Shown here piece after piece: positions 1 to 14,259 of a DNA stretch of 64,000 nt (positions are counted from its first letter, which is position 1; each line of letters starts with the position of its first letter). The stretch is from Vicugna vicugna (lineage: Eukaryota), in assembly GCA_013265495.1 (NCBI GenBank), contig MU058198.1:2244419-2308418 (forward strand), read 5' to 3'. Made by a program: the position numbers and the translations under genes. The notes below the pieces were generated by a model. That model did not search any database. It worked only from the letters and a program-made list of their open reading frames with translations, and was not told the origin of the DNA.

Positions 1-2504
1 GTAAAAAGAGATTTAAGGCAACATGGTATGTCTGCATTGAGTATTTCTGAAACCCAGCTTGGAAGGGTGGGATGGGGGCAGTCTCTGGGAAGAGAGACTG
101 AAATCCATTGGAGTGGTAATATAAACATAATGGGATACATACAAGTATTAAAACCAAGGAATGCATTGGGTTTATATATTTCTGGAACAGGCTGAAGAGG
201 TTTTCTAAGTGAAAGGCAGCCTAGCATTGTGAAAAGGGCACACAGGTTTTAGGGTCAAACCAACATGTAGTCAAATCCCATTCCCACTATTTACTAGCCA
301 AGTAGTTGATCTTAGATAAGTTGTAGTTGAGGGTTTTTATTAATAAAAAGTAGGACATTCAGACTTGGTTTATACCTCTTGTAGCATTTCCAGTTGTTAT
401 GCAGATTCAGACCTCAACTTTCTGTTCTCTTACAGATTAAAGAGTAATATCTGCAGGGAATCGTGAAAATCAATTTAGTTATTTTTAAAGGAATATAGTG
501 GTCTGGGCTGTGAAGTCAATTAGTCTCACCTCAGACTGAAAATAAGTTTGAAATATATGAGAGAGTTGTTTCTTAATAGAAACCTGACAAAAAGTACAGC
601 TGAAATTTTAGTTTTTATAGAATAAAATTTCTTGTAGTTGTCATTGACTTCTGCAATGCAACTGTGAGATTTTGGTTTTTATCTATACCCTATTTCAATA
701 CGTACTCAAGCAGTGGGCCATATTACATAACCTTTAAGGGGAAATTTAGGTACATAATGAGGTATTGCTGTTTATGAAATTGTTGAATTGTAAGTAAGAG
801 CTTAACCATGCAACTTGAATGGATATTGTTTACATAGTAACCTTGTTTTATATCCTCTAAATAACCCAAGAAACTAGGTTGTACAATGACAGCAATGACA
901 ATATATAGGTCTAGTTTCATATATATAGCTTTAGCTGTCTATGATGATTTATGTACACATAACATTCAAATCTTTTTGGCCATAAGGATGTTTTATTTTC
1001 AAGCTCTGAATTCACACATTTTTGCCCAAGTACTTTTTAGAATTCTTTGCCCAAATAGCATGTAGCTGCAAAAAAGTTTAATACCTACAAAACCTGATCC
1101 AATTGGTAACAACAGATTGGGTGTAGTGGTTACATTATTTTATTCTTTATTGAGTGTAGACTGATGAAAAAGCAGTATTTAGGAAAGCCATTGTTGAAAT
1201 ACTGGAGAGGTTAGGTAAGAGCCATGAGGGAACTTAAGGATCTTTGAAAATCAAGGGACCTGAAAGTAAATATCTGGATCAAAATCAGTTTTCAATAATA
1301 TACCTCTGTAAACTTTACTATGTATTCTCTTGGTAGCTCTAATTACAGGGAGGAGAATCCTTAACAAATTTGCCATGAGCAGATAGAATGTAATAGTCCT
1401 TTGGGATTTATTGCTTTAGAGTTGACAGAATAAAGAAGCATATGGATTTGGCTGTTGCTATCAGTGATACTTACATGCATTTATGAGTATATACCAACCA
1501 GCATGTATAGTTTGCTTATATTAAGTTTCAACGTTTGGCTTCAATTCAGCTTTGAAGTAAACTGACATTTCTTTGAATTGCTGCTTTTTTTTTTTTTAAT
1601 TAGGCCGAAAGGCTGCACTTTTTTTTGTGTCTCTTTATACTAGCTTTACTATAAATAAAAGGTCACATTTGGCATTTTGACACTTGCTGTTGTGTATTGT
1701 ATACTGAGCAAAAAGGCAGCTGTTGACTTTTAATATAGATCTGTTCAACCAGGGACCATATACTGCTATCGTTAGAGATAAAACAAGAGTAAAGAAAAAT
1801 GCAGTTGGTTGGGTCAAGTAAGAAAATGGGAGAGGAGGAGGCTAGGTCTCTCTGTTTGTGGTGTATTCACAGTAAATTCTTCACCTGGAACATTGTTGTA
1901 TCTACTTTCTACTACAATGGAACTGTTTTTTTTTTTTCCAAAAGTATATAGGACATGTTCAAATGAAAGCAAAGATCTCCAAGGCCATCTCATTTATGAC
2001 CATTTCATTTATACTGTACCATCAATTTTAATAGAATAAATCTTTAATTTACTTTAAGTATCCCCTAAATCTTCCCATAGGTATTTCCTGTAACAGTGTA
2101 CCTTATTCCATACAGTCTCATGACAAATGCTTATTAAGGTATGTGTGGTCTGTAAGGAACTGTGCTAAATATTCTGAGGGATTTCATTTAAGCAAGTGAG
2201 AAAGTATTTTATCCGTGAGGGACTTGTACTGTGTTTGGGAAGATGAAATTATTATGTACATGTGAAATAAGTGTCATATATGTGATGAAACTACTTTCTG
2301 CCCAGGTGGTCATGGAGGAGGTGGAATTTGAGCTTAACAGATGAGACACTTAATGATGAGTGCTTAAATAATTAGGAAGACTTGGGCAGTGCTTCAAAGT
2401 GAAATGCTCTGAGTAAACGCAGACAGAAGGCAGGGAAATTTCCATTCCAGTCCATTTCTATACATCGCTGCTAAATTTATCTTTCTAAAGGATAAAGGAA
2501 ATAA

Positions 2505-2740
2505 TAGTAGCAAATACTTACATAGCATTTACTTTATGACAGATACTTTTCTAGGCCCTTTACATGCATGAACTAATTTTAATTTAATCCTTACAATATC
2601 CCTATAGTTGTTATTAGCCCCCCAGAGATCCAGAGAAATTAAGTAACTTGCCCAAGTTCACAACAGCTGTTAAGTGGAAGAGCTGAGATTTGAATCCAAG
2701 AACTCTAGCTCCAGGGTCCTGGCTATTAACCACTGCATAT
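2505..2740 (-). mobile_element. MIR
   Basis: tttaatccttacaatatccct...aagtaacttgcccaagttcacaca...gatttgaatcc. Confidence 0.8.
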
Positions 2741-4519
2741 GTTTGTACCAGAAACCTTCCGTGACTCCTCATCTTCCGTAGCACAGAAAGCACTCAAGGA
2801 TCTTCACCATATGGCTCTTGCTTACCCTTCCTACCTTAGATCCTACTTTTTTTCCTACATGGAAATATATACCAGCCTCTCTGTATTACTTTCTGTTTCC
2901 TAAATACAATCTCTATTCTCCTCTAAATCTTTGCTTATGTTGTTTATTCTCAGCCTGAAACGTCCTCTCACTCTTCCCACTTCCTGTCTTCTCAGTGTCC
3001 TACCTATCTCCCAATATTTCTACTGCTGTCTTCATAAAAACAGTTTTTGACCCCCCCTACCTAAAGTGATTTTTCCCTCCTTTGGTAACACTTTATAAGT
3101 TTTTCATGGTAGCATATCTGTATTACAGTTATTTGTGTGCTATCTGCCCTGTTTTCTGGCATAGATTTTTAAATTTCCTTGAGAACAGGGTATATGACTT
3201 ATTGATCTCTGTACCTTAGATAGCGCTTACTCTAAGCTTGCACATGGCAGGAAAGAGGCAGTGTTATGGTTGACACTAAGATTTTGAACCTAGAGTAGGG
3301 AAGATCATTGGGAACTTTGGAGAGTGAGCTAATTTGTGGGCAAAAGTTATGAGTTTGGTTTAGACATGTTTGAAGTAAGAGTAGACTATCCAGGCGAAAG
3401 GGGCTAGAGCTCAGGAGACAGGGGTATTTGGCATTCCTACTCGTCTCATTTTCACAAGCACGAAACTTAGATTGTTACAGATATCAAATTGTTGTTCAGT
3501 AGCTGCTTATCCACAGAATTCATTCTTAATTTTTCATGTATTATCAACTGATTTTTATTTTAGAAAGTAAGGTCCAGCTACCATCTAGTTGTTCCAAACT
3601 TTGAAATAATACTATAAGATGAAAGTTATTTTGTAGTTTGATTGGTTGACTCTCCAGGTAAATTCAGAAATTAGATTCCTAGGCTAGCCCGTAAGACCAT
3701 GTTTGTAACTGAAACGTTTACTTCTGCATCATAAAAATAGTAGAAAGCAGTACAGTAGCTTATTTGTCTGATCCTTTAATTTGTCAGTTTGACTTTAAAG
3801 TTCGTGATATTTCTTCTATGTGATATAGGTGCTTCACTGAGATTCTAATTACATTTGTCACCAATATTTTGGGCCATTTTTTGACTGACAAATTGCCCTG
3901 TCAGAGAAAAAAAAAGAGGATTTGTAGAACATGTATGTTTAAGAGATTTCCTGAGGCGGAATAACTTGAGATCGAGTTAACTCAGTGGGCATGAGGATGT
4001 ATATGAGTGCATGAATGTGCGTGTGATATGTCTGGTGTGTGATGATGGGAGTGGACATGGGGGAGAGGAGGAACTTGCAGAAATGATCTCTCCATGGGGA
4101 AGCAGAGTGTTACAGAATGGGCTGGATCCAGTGTTCCTCACTCAGCCTCCACAGAAGGGGCCATTAGTCCTGTCTAGAATGGTTACTGTTTGCTGCGGGG
4201 CCCTGTGGATGGATAGAGTAAGGAGGAAAACAATACTTTATATGCCAACTGGGGTACAAAATGGTGCAAATTAAGTACTTTTAATTTACAGAGTACCTCT
4301 ATTGAAACTTGGCTTCTGATTTAAACTTTGCTGTAGCCTGAAAGTTTTGTTTGTGCCTGAAAAGTTACCTAAATGCTTATTCTTTGTTTTCCGCAACTGA
4401 AAAATAGTTCTGTATTCTTCATTCACCCTCATGAATCCCGTCTCTTGATTTAAAATAAAAGTGGGTATTAAGATACGTTGAATTCTTAGAAAATTATTTT
4501 ATTAAGAAAGTTATAAAGG

Positions 4520-4720
4520 AGTATGCAGGTGAAGCCAGAACTCAGTTTAAATCCTGGCTGTGCCATTTACCAGCTGTGTGGCTTTGGACCTCTTACTTGG
4601 CCTCTGAGTGCATCTATAAGTGGGGATAATACCTCTTACCTTGCATAGTGGCTGTAAGAATCAAAGATAAGGTACCTAAAACACCTACCACGGTATAGGC
4701 ACCTATGGTAGCTATTGTTG
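4520..4720 (+). mobile_element. MIR
   Basis: aaatcctggctgtgccatttaccagctgtgtggctttgg...catctataagtggggataatacct. Confidence 0.75.
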
Positions 4721-7479
4721 TTAAGCAACTAAATGGATTAATCTCTTATCACACTGAGATACATAAAACATAATGTTGCAGTTGGCAGGTTTCCCATCAC
4801 ATAGTCACCAAAAGCAGTCTGACTTTTTCTAAAGCTAGGTTTTATCACTGTGTTAGAGCTGGTTGCCCGTATCATTTTTACCATACACACTGTATCATTC
4901 CCGATACATAACCTGGGTTGCTACCCTGTCCCCTCCACCTTAGTGTGCTAAGAGGGAAACAGTACGTACCAGGCAGCCTATCCAAATGTTTACACACAAG
5001 TTCTTTTCTACATATCAAAGGTAACATGTATTTGGGGGTTTTCCAGTAGTGATGACAAATGATACTAAGACATTAATATTCTCTCAATTTTTTTACTCTA
5101 GCTAACGTTTGCTATGTGGGTTAATGGATGTAGTCTGTGGCCGTAGAGTAGATTTCCCCCCAGCTGGCTGAGTATATAAACCCTGACCTCATTAGTTGAA
5201 GTCAGTAACCAAGAGTAAAGGGTTCTAGAAGCAAAGGATGATTGATAATCACAGGTAGCCTATAAGATAATTTGTTACAGTCCTACTCATTTGCTTATTA
5301 TGAGACATAAAATGAGAAACTCTTTGTATTTTGTAGATAAAAATGTATTTGTAAATGTTTTGTTGATATATCCTGTAGATAAAATACTTTGAATCTTTAA
5401 AATCATTAATTGAATCAGTTTTAAAAAATTGTAGCAATGAATCTTATTTAAAACAAATGCAGTCATGTTAGATCACCTTTAGGGCTCCCATTTTCAGTAG
5501 GATATGGTGGGTTAGGATCAGAAGACAAGCTCTTGTTTGTTGAAATGTTGCTGATTTAGGACTAATCCCCAGAGCTTTAGAGGACTGTTTCTAGTATCTG
5601 CTACTAACCATCCAATAATCATTTAGAATCACCAGTAGCTGGTAAGATGTCTGCTTTAAGTGAATCACTCTATATTTAAGATTTAATGTTACTGCGTATG
5701 TCTTCAGAGTTATCAGGGAGGTTGGGTACATTATGGGTTTCCCCTACTGTGCTATTTCTTTTCTTTTTTTGCCTCTATAAGTTATTGGCCAGTGCTTTTG
5801 TTCTCTTTAGTTAGCTTTGAGTTAACCAACATATTGTATCCCTTGTATCTCATCTCATCTACTACCCTCTGCCCTCCCTCTTTAGGAGCTCGTGGCAAAT
5901 CCCCAGCTTGACCATTCAAGCAGTTCATACCCAGGTGAGAAAGTCTGGATTCCAAATGTTCACAGCCATTCCAGGTGGTCAGGACAGTGGTACAGTTCCC
6001 ACTGACTTCTTGTATCCCCTTAGGCACCGCTGTTGCCCCCCCTCCACTATGGCTGCGGGCTCCTGTGTCTCTGAGCTTGGGCTTTTACTGAGTTTTTAAG
6101 GAGAGTCCATCCACTTCTCTAATGAGGAAGGGGACTGTGTTTTGACTGTATTGTTACAGGCTACACAGACACTCCTTTTCTGTGAACTTGTTCTCACACA
6201 GTCTGGAAGTTCTTTTGTGATTCTGCTATGTCATCATGGAATGGGGCATTTCAATAGGATTTGGGGAAGGAAGGAAGGAGAGCAAATTGACTCACTTTGT
6301 CTCTCAGAGGTGTTTAATGTTCATCGAATGAGAGAAATCAAAAGAGATTTAGTCCATGTTTGCTTATTATCTTTTAAGTTTTTATTAATAATGGGAAAGT
6401 TATGGTACAGTAATTTTCCTAAGTCATACTTTTTATTTTAGGTAAGAAGAGTTTTAAATTATGTAGTCCCCATATGGCAAGAATATATGGTGATTGGTTA
6501 GAATGAAGGAAACATTATAAAGCGGCTAATAACACAGACTCTGGAGTCTGGATTCAAATTATACCTGTGCCACTTGTTAGCAGCATGATCTTGGCCAACA
6601 TACTTCAGAGGTCTATATGGAGATGAAAGCATTTATATATATAAACTACTTAAAGTGCTTGGCACATAGCACTATGTGTCAACTAAAATTAATGAGACTA
6701 ACTTTTGAAGATTCTTTGCTGTAATCTTTTCAGTAACCATAGACAGCTATCTTAAAATTGATCATAAATAGTGTGTAGTTTTAGTTTATAGACATAAATG
6801 TCATGATACTGGAATATAGATTCTAGCACATGGACAAATGGTCAAAATTTTTACCTTATGTAAAGAATAGTACTACTATTGTGATGAAGTGGAAAGAGTA
6901 GGCTTTGCTTAAACCATGAGTGTGTTTCACATATAAAAAAAAAGTTTAAAATGATGGCAAGAAAGTAAATCCTAATATTGAATACAAATTGAAACCAGTG
7001 AGCCTAACTGTAGATCTGATTGATCTACAGTAACTGTCAAGGAAAGAAGAATTAAGTAACTTTTGAGCATAGTGCTGTAACTGTGCTCTCTTAATGGGAT
7101 ATATAGCCTAAGGACAAAAAGAACAGCAAAGAAATATTGAACTTAGTAGGTGGCAAACCCTCTATAGTAGCCCTTTATAAGAAATGTTATTCCTAATTTT
7201 GCTGATGAAGAACCATATTTAGAGAGGTGAACTATTTGCCTAGCATTGTTTGATTAGATGGTAGAGCTGGATTCAAAAGCCAATGTTCTGTTCATTATAC
7301 CCCACTGCTTTTTTTATTTGTATAGTGTGCTGTTCAGTTGTGTCCCTGGTTTTTTTAGTACCCCCCTTCTTTTATTGGCATCATCTGTAATATTAGTCAG
7401 AACCCCATTTTCAAGAACTTCCTAACTTTTTGGCTCTCCTTTCCTTCAAGAATTTCATTCCATGCAAACATGCCTACCT

Positions 7480-7838
7480 GGTTGTTTTTTGTTTTGTTTT
7501 GTTTTGTTTTTTAATTGAAGTATAGTCAGTTACAGTGTGTCAGTTTCTGGTGTACAGCATAATGTCTCAGTCATACACACACACACACACACATATATTC
7601 ATTTTCATACTCTTTTTAATTAAAGGTTACTACAAGGTATTGAATATAGTTCCCCATGCTATACAGAAGAGATTTTTTTTAAATCTATTTTTATATTTAG
7701 TGGTTAACATTTGCAAATCTCAAACTCCCAGATTTATCCCTTCCCACCCCCTTTTCCCCCAGTAACCATAAGATTGTTTACTATGTCTGTGAGTCTGTTT
7801 CTGTTTTGTACATGAGTTCATTAGTATCCTAATGATCT
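7480..7838 (-). mobile_element. 5'-truncated L1 3'UTR insertion with (GTTTT)n tail
   Basis: Reverse complement resembles the L1 3' end at 37460-37750; flanked by direct repeat CATGCCTACCT (7469-7479 and 7839-7849). Confidence 0.9.
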
Positions 7839-10632
7839 CATGCCTACCTTTTTCTTTACAAATTCTAAGGTGACCTGACAGATTTGTTGTTTTTTTGCTT
7901 TGTTTTTTTCATTCCTCCCACTTCACCAGTAACTAATTTCCTGCTGAATTACAGCTAGTGTCAAAGTCATGATTACTTACGGATATCGTATGTATTGATA
8001 ACTGAGCCTGGAAGTTGTGAATGAGAGAGCTGCATTCTTAAAGACATTCATCTGTTTGTAATTTAAGATATCTTACAGGGATTTGGTGGTGAAACATGTA
8101 AGGGGGGGGAGAGTGATAAAGAATGCAGTTGTTAGACCTGCATTTTTTCCGTGAGAGATAATAGAAACAAGTATCACTTTATAAACTGTGATTTTGAAAT
8201 GATTCATTCATTAAAGAAGGCAAATAAAAATAGCAACAAAACAAAGTAACTGGTTGTTAAATGAACTCTATGTCCTTTGAAAAGGAGATGATTAAGGGAG
8301 GAAATATGTAAATAACTTGAGTGCACAAGTTGCTGTTAGAGATTCTGCTGAGTAAAAATGATGGGAGGAATTAAACTGTACAAGAATTTAGTTGGCTCTT
8401 GCCTAAAGTACTTTCTGTGGTAAATCTCCAAACTTACTTTTAAATTACAGCATTTCGAGAACCTCTTCTTGAAATAGCAGAACCAAAGTGGAATTCATTC
8501 TATGTTTTAATCTTTCCTGAATTATCTTTAAAGTGCATGGCTTTAGAATGTAATTTTATATAATATACCAGAGAAATTGTCCAGGGATCTAGGTCCAGAA
8601 TTTCAATATAATTTTTAAAGGAAGTAAGAGTGGCAGTCGGATTAATTTTTTAAAAATTGCTTTTTATCAAAATTTAAAAATGTAAAACAGTGTTACAGTT
8701 TTTTTATTAGATTAACCAAGTTTCTAAACACCTGCAAAAATTATTTTAGTGTTTCCTGTTCAAAATTGTTTGTGGAGAACCTGCCACTTGTCTGTGGAAG
8801 TAGGGCTTAGGAGACTTCTTTGTTGATGTTTCTGCAGTTTTAACTCTCTGGACAAACACACAAGAAAAATTAGTTCTACCGAAATATTCCTAAATAGTAA
8901 ACTGTGTTGGATCAGAGCTGGTTCATATCCTAACTCCAGCTTTTTCTAGTGGATACCCTAGTCATTTAGTCTGTTACTCAGTTCCTTCACTTGTATTATT
9001 TTGAGAATTAAATGAGCATATATAAAATTCTTAATAATATCATGACTAGCACTAAGTAAGCATCCAGAATATAGTGGCAGCTATTAGTATTTATCCTTCC
9101 ACCTCCAGATTTATGAGCAGTGGGGAAACAAAATTTATTAAGAGCACCCTTTATTCTAATGTCAAGGTTTAAAGTAGAAGTTAGGACAAAACTGGATTTT
9201 TCTAAACCCAAACACTAGAGATTCTGTTTGGAAAGTGAGAAAGAAAGCTGCCAAATATCTGCTCTACTTGTGCCGTGGCAAGAAGATTGAATTTCTTATT
9301 TGTTTCCTGTCCCAAGCCCTTGCCTTCAATTCTTCAGTCTCAGTTTCTGTTCGCCTTTGGAGAGTCTTGCCTGACTGAAATAACAGAGAACAATATCTAG
9401 GAGTTTTAGAAGGGCTAGCTAACCATAACTTTCAGGAAGAACATCTGGATGCAGTTTCATTTTTTTAAAGCCTGTCATATTTTATGTCATTAAATTTTTG
9501 TAGTTCTAAATTACCGATTTCAGTTCTTTTCCTAGGTTGTGCCCATCGATTTTAAGAGCCGTATATCTTTTATGCAGTAAATATAAAGTATGTAGTTGAT
9601 GATCAATAAAAATTATTGTTATCAATTAAACTACTGGAATTTTCCCCTCTTAAGTTTTCAGAATATAATCATTACACCAGACACATGCATATACATATAT
9701 GCCCATACGTACAAATGTAATTTTCCTTTATTGTGACTACTCAATTGCTTTAAGTGTTAAAACTAGGAGCCTCATTCACAGTGTAAGAAATGACTAGTAG
9801 GTGAAGCAGGATGGCAAATGGAGATGGAATTTTGTCAGTGGAAGGGAGACAGAGGTTAGTTAAATAGAAAAGAATGTGGGGTCCAGGGTGGGTCAATTTT
9901 AGATAGAGAAGAGTTGGACTGATCTTGATGGTAATAAGGAGTCAGCAGAAAGAAAGTTGATAATGCACCAAAGAAAAGGAATTCTTGATTGAGCAAGGAT
10001 CTTGTTGATACAAAGCAGAGTGGTAGTGCAGAGCAGAGGGACAGACTTCAGGAGACACAATACATTTTCCTTTGTGACAAGAGGAAAGGAAGTAAGGATC
10101 AAGCTGATAAAGTTAGTTTCTAGATCCTGTGGTAGAAAGTTGAGGGCCTTTACTTCTGACAGCTTACATTTTCTCTGTCATATAAAAGAAGGGGTCATTT
10201 GTTAGTGGAAAGGGGATGATGAGGTGGGAAGTTTGAGGAGAGCAGAAAAGGTTGAGATAGCTGCTATAGAGAATGGCAGAGAGCAGGCTGCCTAGGAAAA
10301 TGGGAGGATTTCTAGGTCATAATGATGGCCTAGCTGAGTCTATGGGGCATACATTTTTAATAATCCCGGTTTAAGGTTATGTATTTTTTTTCCAGGAGAG
10401 TTCAGCAGACTGAGTAGAAATGTGGGAAAAATAGACCATTGTGTTGATCCAGGGTTGGAGTTTGTCCCACATGACATAGGAGAAAAAGTCTTTGAATGAA
10501 TTAAGCATAGCTGTCTAGTAGACTTTGAAGTTAGACAGGTCTCAGTTTTAATCCTATTTTGACCACTTAGTGATTTAGGCAGATTACTTAACCTTCTCTA
10601 AGCTTCTGTTTCCTGCTAATTAAATCACACCC

Positions 10633-10764
10633 CGGGGAGGGTATAGCTCAGTGGTAGGGTGTGTGCTTAGCATGCACGAGGTCCTGGGTTCAATCCCCAG
10701 TACCTCCATTAAAAAACAAACAAACAAGAAAAACCCAATTATTTCCCCCACCCAAAAAAATAAA
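10633..10764 (+). mobile_element. tRNA-Ala-derived SINE (camelid Vic-1-like) inserted in a MIR
   Basis: GGGGAGGGTATAGCTCAGTGGTAG...GGTTCAATCCCCAGTACCTCCA with A and B boxes, A-rich tail, TSD TAAATCACACCC (10621-10632 and 10765-10776). Confidence 0.9.
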
Positions 10765-10974
10765 TAAATCACACCCAATCATATCAGCTTCCTAATCATA
10801 ATAATACCTATCTCTTTCAGTGATAAGGAATAAATGGGACAAACAAGTCCCTTAACACATGATTTGGCACATAATAAATGTTAATAATTAACAACTTTTA
10901 TTATTATTGGTGACCCCGTCCTGTCACTGATTAGCAGAGTGATCTTAGGCAAGTTTCTTTCCTTTTTATTTGTA

Positions 10975-12238
10975 AAAAGAGCTGGTTCTTTGAAAGGGTA
11001 AACAAAATCAACAAACCTCTGGCCAGGCTCACCAAGAAGAAAAGAGAGAGATAAACAAAATAAGAAATGAAAGAGAAGAAATAACAACTGATAGTGCAGA
11101 AATACAAAAAACTGTAAGAGAGCACTATGAACAATTGTATGCCAACAAATTGGACAACCTAGAAGAAATGGACAAGTTTCTAGAAACATATAGCCCGCCA
11201 AAACTGAATTAAAAAGAAACAGATAATTTGAACAGACTGATCATTGGAAGTGGAAAAGAATCTAATTTTAAAAAACTCCCTGCAAACAAAATCCAGGACC
11301 GGATGGCTTCACTGGGGAATACTACCAAACATACAGAGAAGAACATATACCAGGCTTTCTCAAACTCTTCCAAAAGATTGAAGAGGAGGGAATACTTCCC
11401 AAGTCATTCTGTAAAGCTACCATCACCCTGATATCAAAACCAAAGACACTACCAAAAAATAAAATTGCAGGCCAATATTTTTGATAACTATAGATGCAAA
11501 AATTCTGAACAAAATGTTAGCAAACTTAATCCAATAACACATACAAAAGATCATACACCACAATCAAGTTGGATTCATGCCAGGGTCTCAAGGAAGGTTC
11601 AGCATACTCAAATCAATATGATAACACCACATCAACTAAAGAAAAGACAAAAACCAAAAGATTATCTCAATAGATGCAGAAAAATTGACAAAATTCAACA
11701 TCCATTCATGATAAAAAGTTACCAAAGTGGGTACAGAGTGAACATATCTCAGCATGATAAAAGTTATTTATGACAGACCCACAGCCAACATAATACTCAA
11801 GGTGAACAGTTGAAAGCCTTCCGCTAAAATCTGGAACAAGACAAGGATGCCCACTCTCACCACTGCTATTCAGCATAGTATTGGAAGGCCTAGCCAGAGC
11901 AATCAGACCAGAAAAAGAAATGAAAGGGGTCCAAATTGGAAAAGAAGAGGTAAAATTGTCATCATATGCAAATGACATAATACTATATATAGAAAACCCT
12001 AAAGACTCCACACAGAAACTACGAGAACTAATAAATGAAGTCAGCAGGGTAGCAAGATACAAGATTAACATACAGAAATCTGTTGTATTACTTCGCACTA
12101 ACAATGATAGGGAAAGTAAAAAAAAAAAAAATCCCTTTTAAAATAGCTTCAAAAAATAAATAAAATACTTAGAAATAAGCCTGACCAAGGAGGCGAAAGA
12201 CTTATATGCTGGGAACTATAAAACATTGATAAAGGAAA
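10975..12238 (+). mobile_element. L1 ORF2 internal fragment (reverse transcriptase region), degenerate
   Basis: Broken frames give [65 protein letters not shown] (decayed YADD). Confidence 0.95.
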
Positions 12239-12239
12239 G

Positions 12240-12760
12240 CATGAACTTTAAAGTATGTATGCTTTTAATATTCTGTATGCCAACTTATGTGAATTGTTTA
12301 TTCATATCCTTTGTTCATTTTTCAATTTTGATGTTCAATTTCCCACTGATTTGAAAGAATTGTTATATATAAAGAATATAGCCCTTTATATGTATTGCAC
12401 AATGATTATTGTTTACTTTTAAATTACGGTCATGGTCTTTTTCTTTATAGAATCTGACTTTGCACATGTAGGTGAAAGGTCTTCCCCATTCCTAAGAGCA
12501 CATAGTCACCTAGAATATTTTCTTTTTATTTTATGATTTAAATTTTTACATTCATCTGCCATCTTATTTTGGTACATGGTATTAAGTAGGAATCTATCTT
12601 AATTCTTTTCTAATTGGTAAACCAATTGTCCAAAACAGTTTACTAAGTCATCAATTATTTCTATTGATTTCTAATGCTGTCTTACATGTACTTGTCCTCT
12701 TGAGGTGTGTTTGATTCTGTTTTATTGATTGATGTATCTCTTTTGTGGCTAGAGAGTTTA
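12240..12760 (-). mobile_element. Ancient L1 (L1M/L1ME-like) fragment
   Basis: T-rich sequence with antisense L1 ORF2 phrases such as tgaattgtttattcatatcctttgttcattttt. Confidence 0.55.
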
Positions 12761-13199
12761 CCTTGGAAAGTAAGCACTCCGTGGAAGTATTTTTAAACAC
12801 TTTAATTTTGGAAGGTGAAAGGGAAGCCCCTCTTAAGCTAGACTACGTGAAGTGAATTGACTTCTGCTTGTACGCTTCTGTCAACATTCTACCTTGTGGT
12901 TTTTAAACAGCATATACTTCATTAGTCTTCTAGCACCAGACACTTTACTTGGTGATTTAAGATATTTAACTGCAAAAGAAAGTGTTTCCATTGTTTAAGA
13001 AACACCTTTCTTGCCAAATGTAATTGGATGTTACTCTTTAGGTGTTACCTCTGTGACTAGAAGCAAGAGTTGAGAGTAACCTATCTTTAGAACAGAAGCT
13101 CCCAAAATATCTTGGGTAAAATACCTATAGCTCAAATCACAGACAAGTAGCTAATTTCTTTAATATTTAAAGAGCTCTTATACTTCAATAAGGGAAATG

Positions 13200-14251
13200 C
13201 AGTAACACCTGCCTTATTCCCCTTGCAGGGGATATGTTCCAAGACCCCCAGTGAATAGTACCCAAACCTATAGACTATTTTTTCCTACATATACATACCT
13301 ATGATGAAGTTTAATTTATAAATTAGGCACACTAGGAGATTAAAAACAATAACTAAAATAAAATAGAACAATTAAAAGAATATATTGAATAAAGTTATAT
13401 GAATGTGATATCTCTCTTTAACTTCAGCTCTGCCAGAAATGTGACCAGCGGCTTCTTCATTGGCAGACACAGCTTCTCCAGTAATTTTTATATTTTTCCA
13501 TTGAAACCTATTCCTGAAGCTGTGAGGTCATCCTTCACTTGCAGTAGATGGCTTGGTGTCAGTCATTGGAGGGGATCCTTTGCTGAAGTTTCTGTATAGG
13601 CTCAGTGCTTTCTGGTGCAGCACATTGCTATCTCAACATGTCTTCCACCCACAAATTTCAAGACTTTTCCATCTTCCTAAGTACTTACCATGAACTGTGA
13701 CCATAACTTTTGCAGTTTGAGGTACAACGGCAGAACCAGCACGGACTTCTTTTTCCTTCTAAACAATTTCACAAAATGAAGATTCATTCTTACTGTAGAT
13801 CTTAGCAACCTCTGCATACTCTTTTTTCTTTCCTTACTGAGACCTTTCACCTTTCACTTAAAGGAAGCACCTTACAGTTTCTCTTTGGCATATTGGAATT
13901 GCCAGCATCACTGGTTTGGCCCTTTGGGGCCATTACTAAGTACAATAAGGGTTCCTTGAACACAAGCACTGCAGTACTGCACAGTCCATTTGATAACTGA
14001 GATGACCAGTAAGTAAGTAACAGGCCTGTACAGCGTGGATGCACTGGACAATAGGATGATTCATATCCCAAGCGGGACAGAGCCAGATGGCACAAGATTT
14101 CATCATGCTTTACTCAAAACAGCATGCAGTTTAAAACTAATGAACTGGTTTTTTTATTTCTGGAATTTTCCACTTAATATTTTTGGACTGTGTTTGACTG
14201 CAGATAACTGAAACCTCAGAAAGGGAAAGTGTGGATAAGAGGGCACTACTG
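13200..14251. mobile_element. Tigger2-family DNA transposon relic (~1.05 kb)
   Basis: Ends cagta...ccttat and ggataagagggcactactg followed by TA; internal ttccaagacccccagtg and aagtttaatttataaattaggcac phrases recognised from Tigger2. Confidence 0.8.
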
Positions 14252-14259
14252 TATTCTAG

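Noticed and set aside
10634..10708. tRNA-Ala(AGC)-like gene (also at 15877, 46326 and 50880)
   Set aside because: Stem mismatches, A-rich tails, target-site duplications and multiple diverged copies show these are SINEs.
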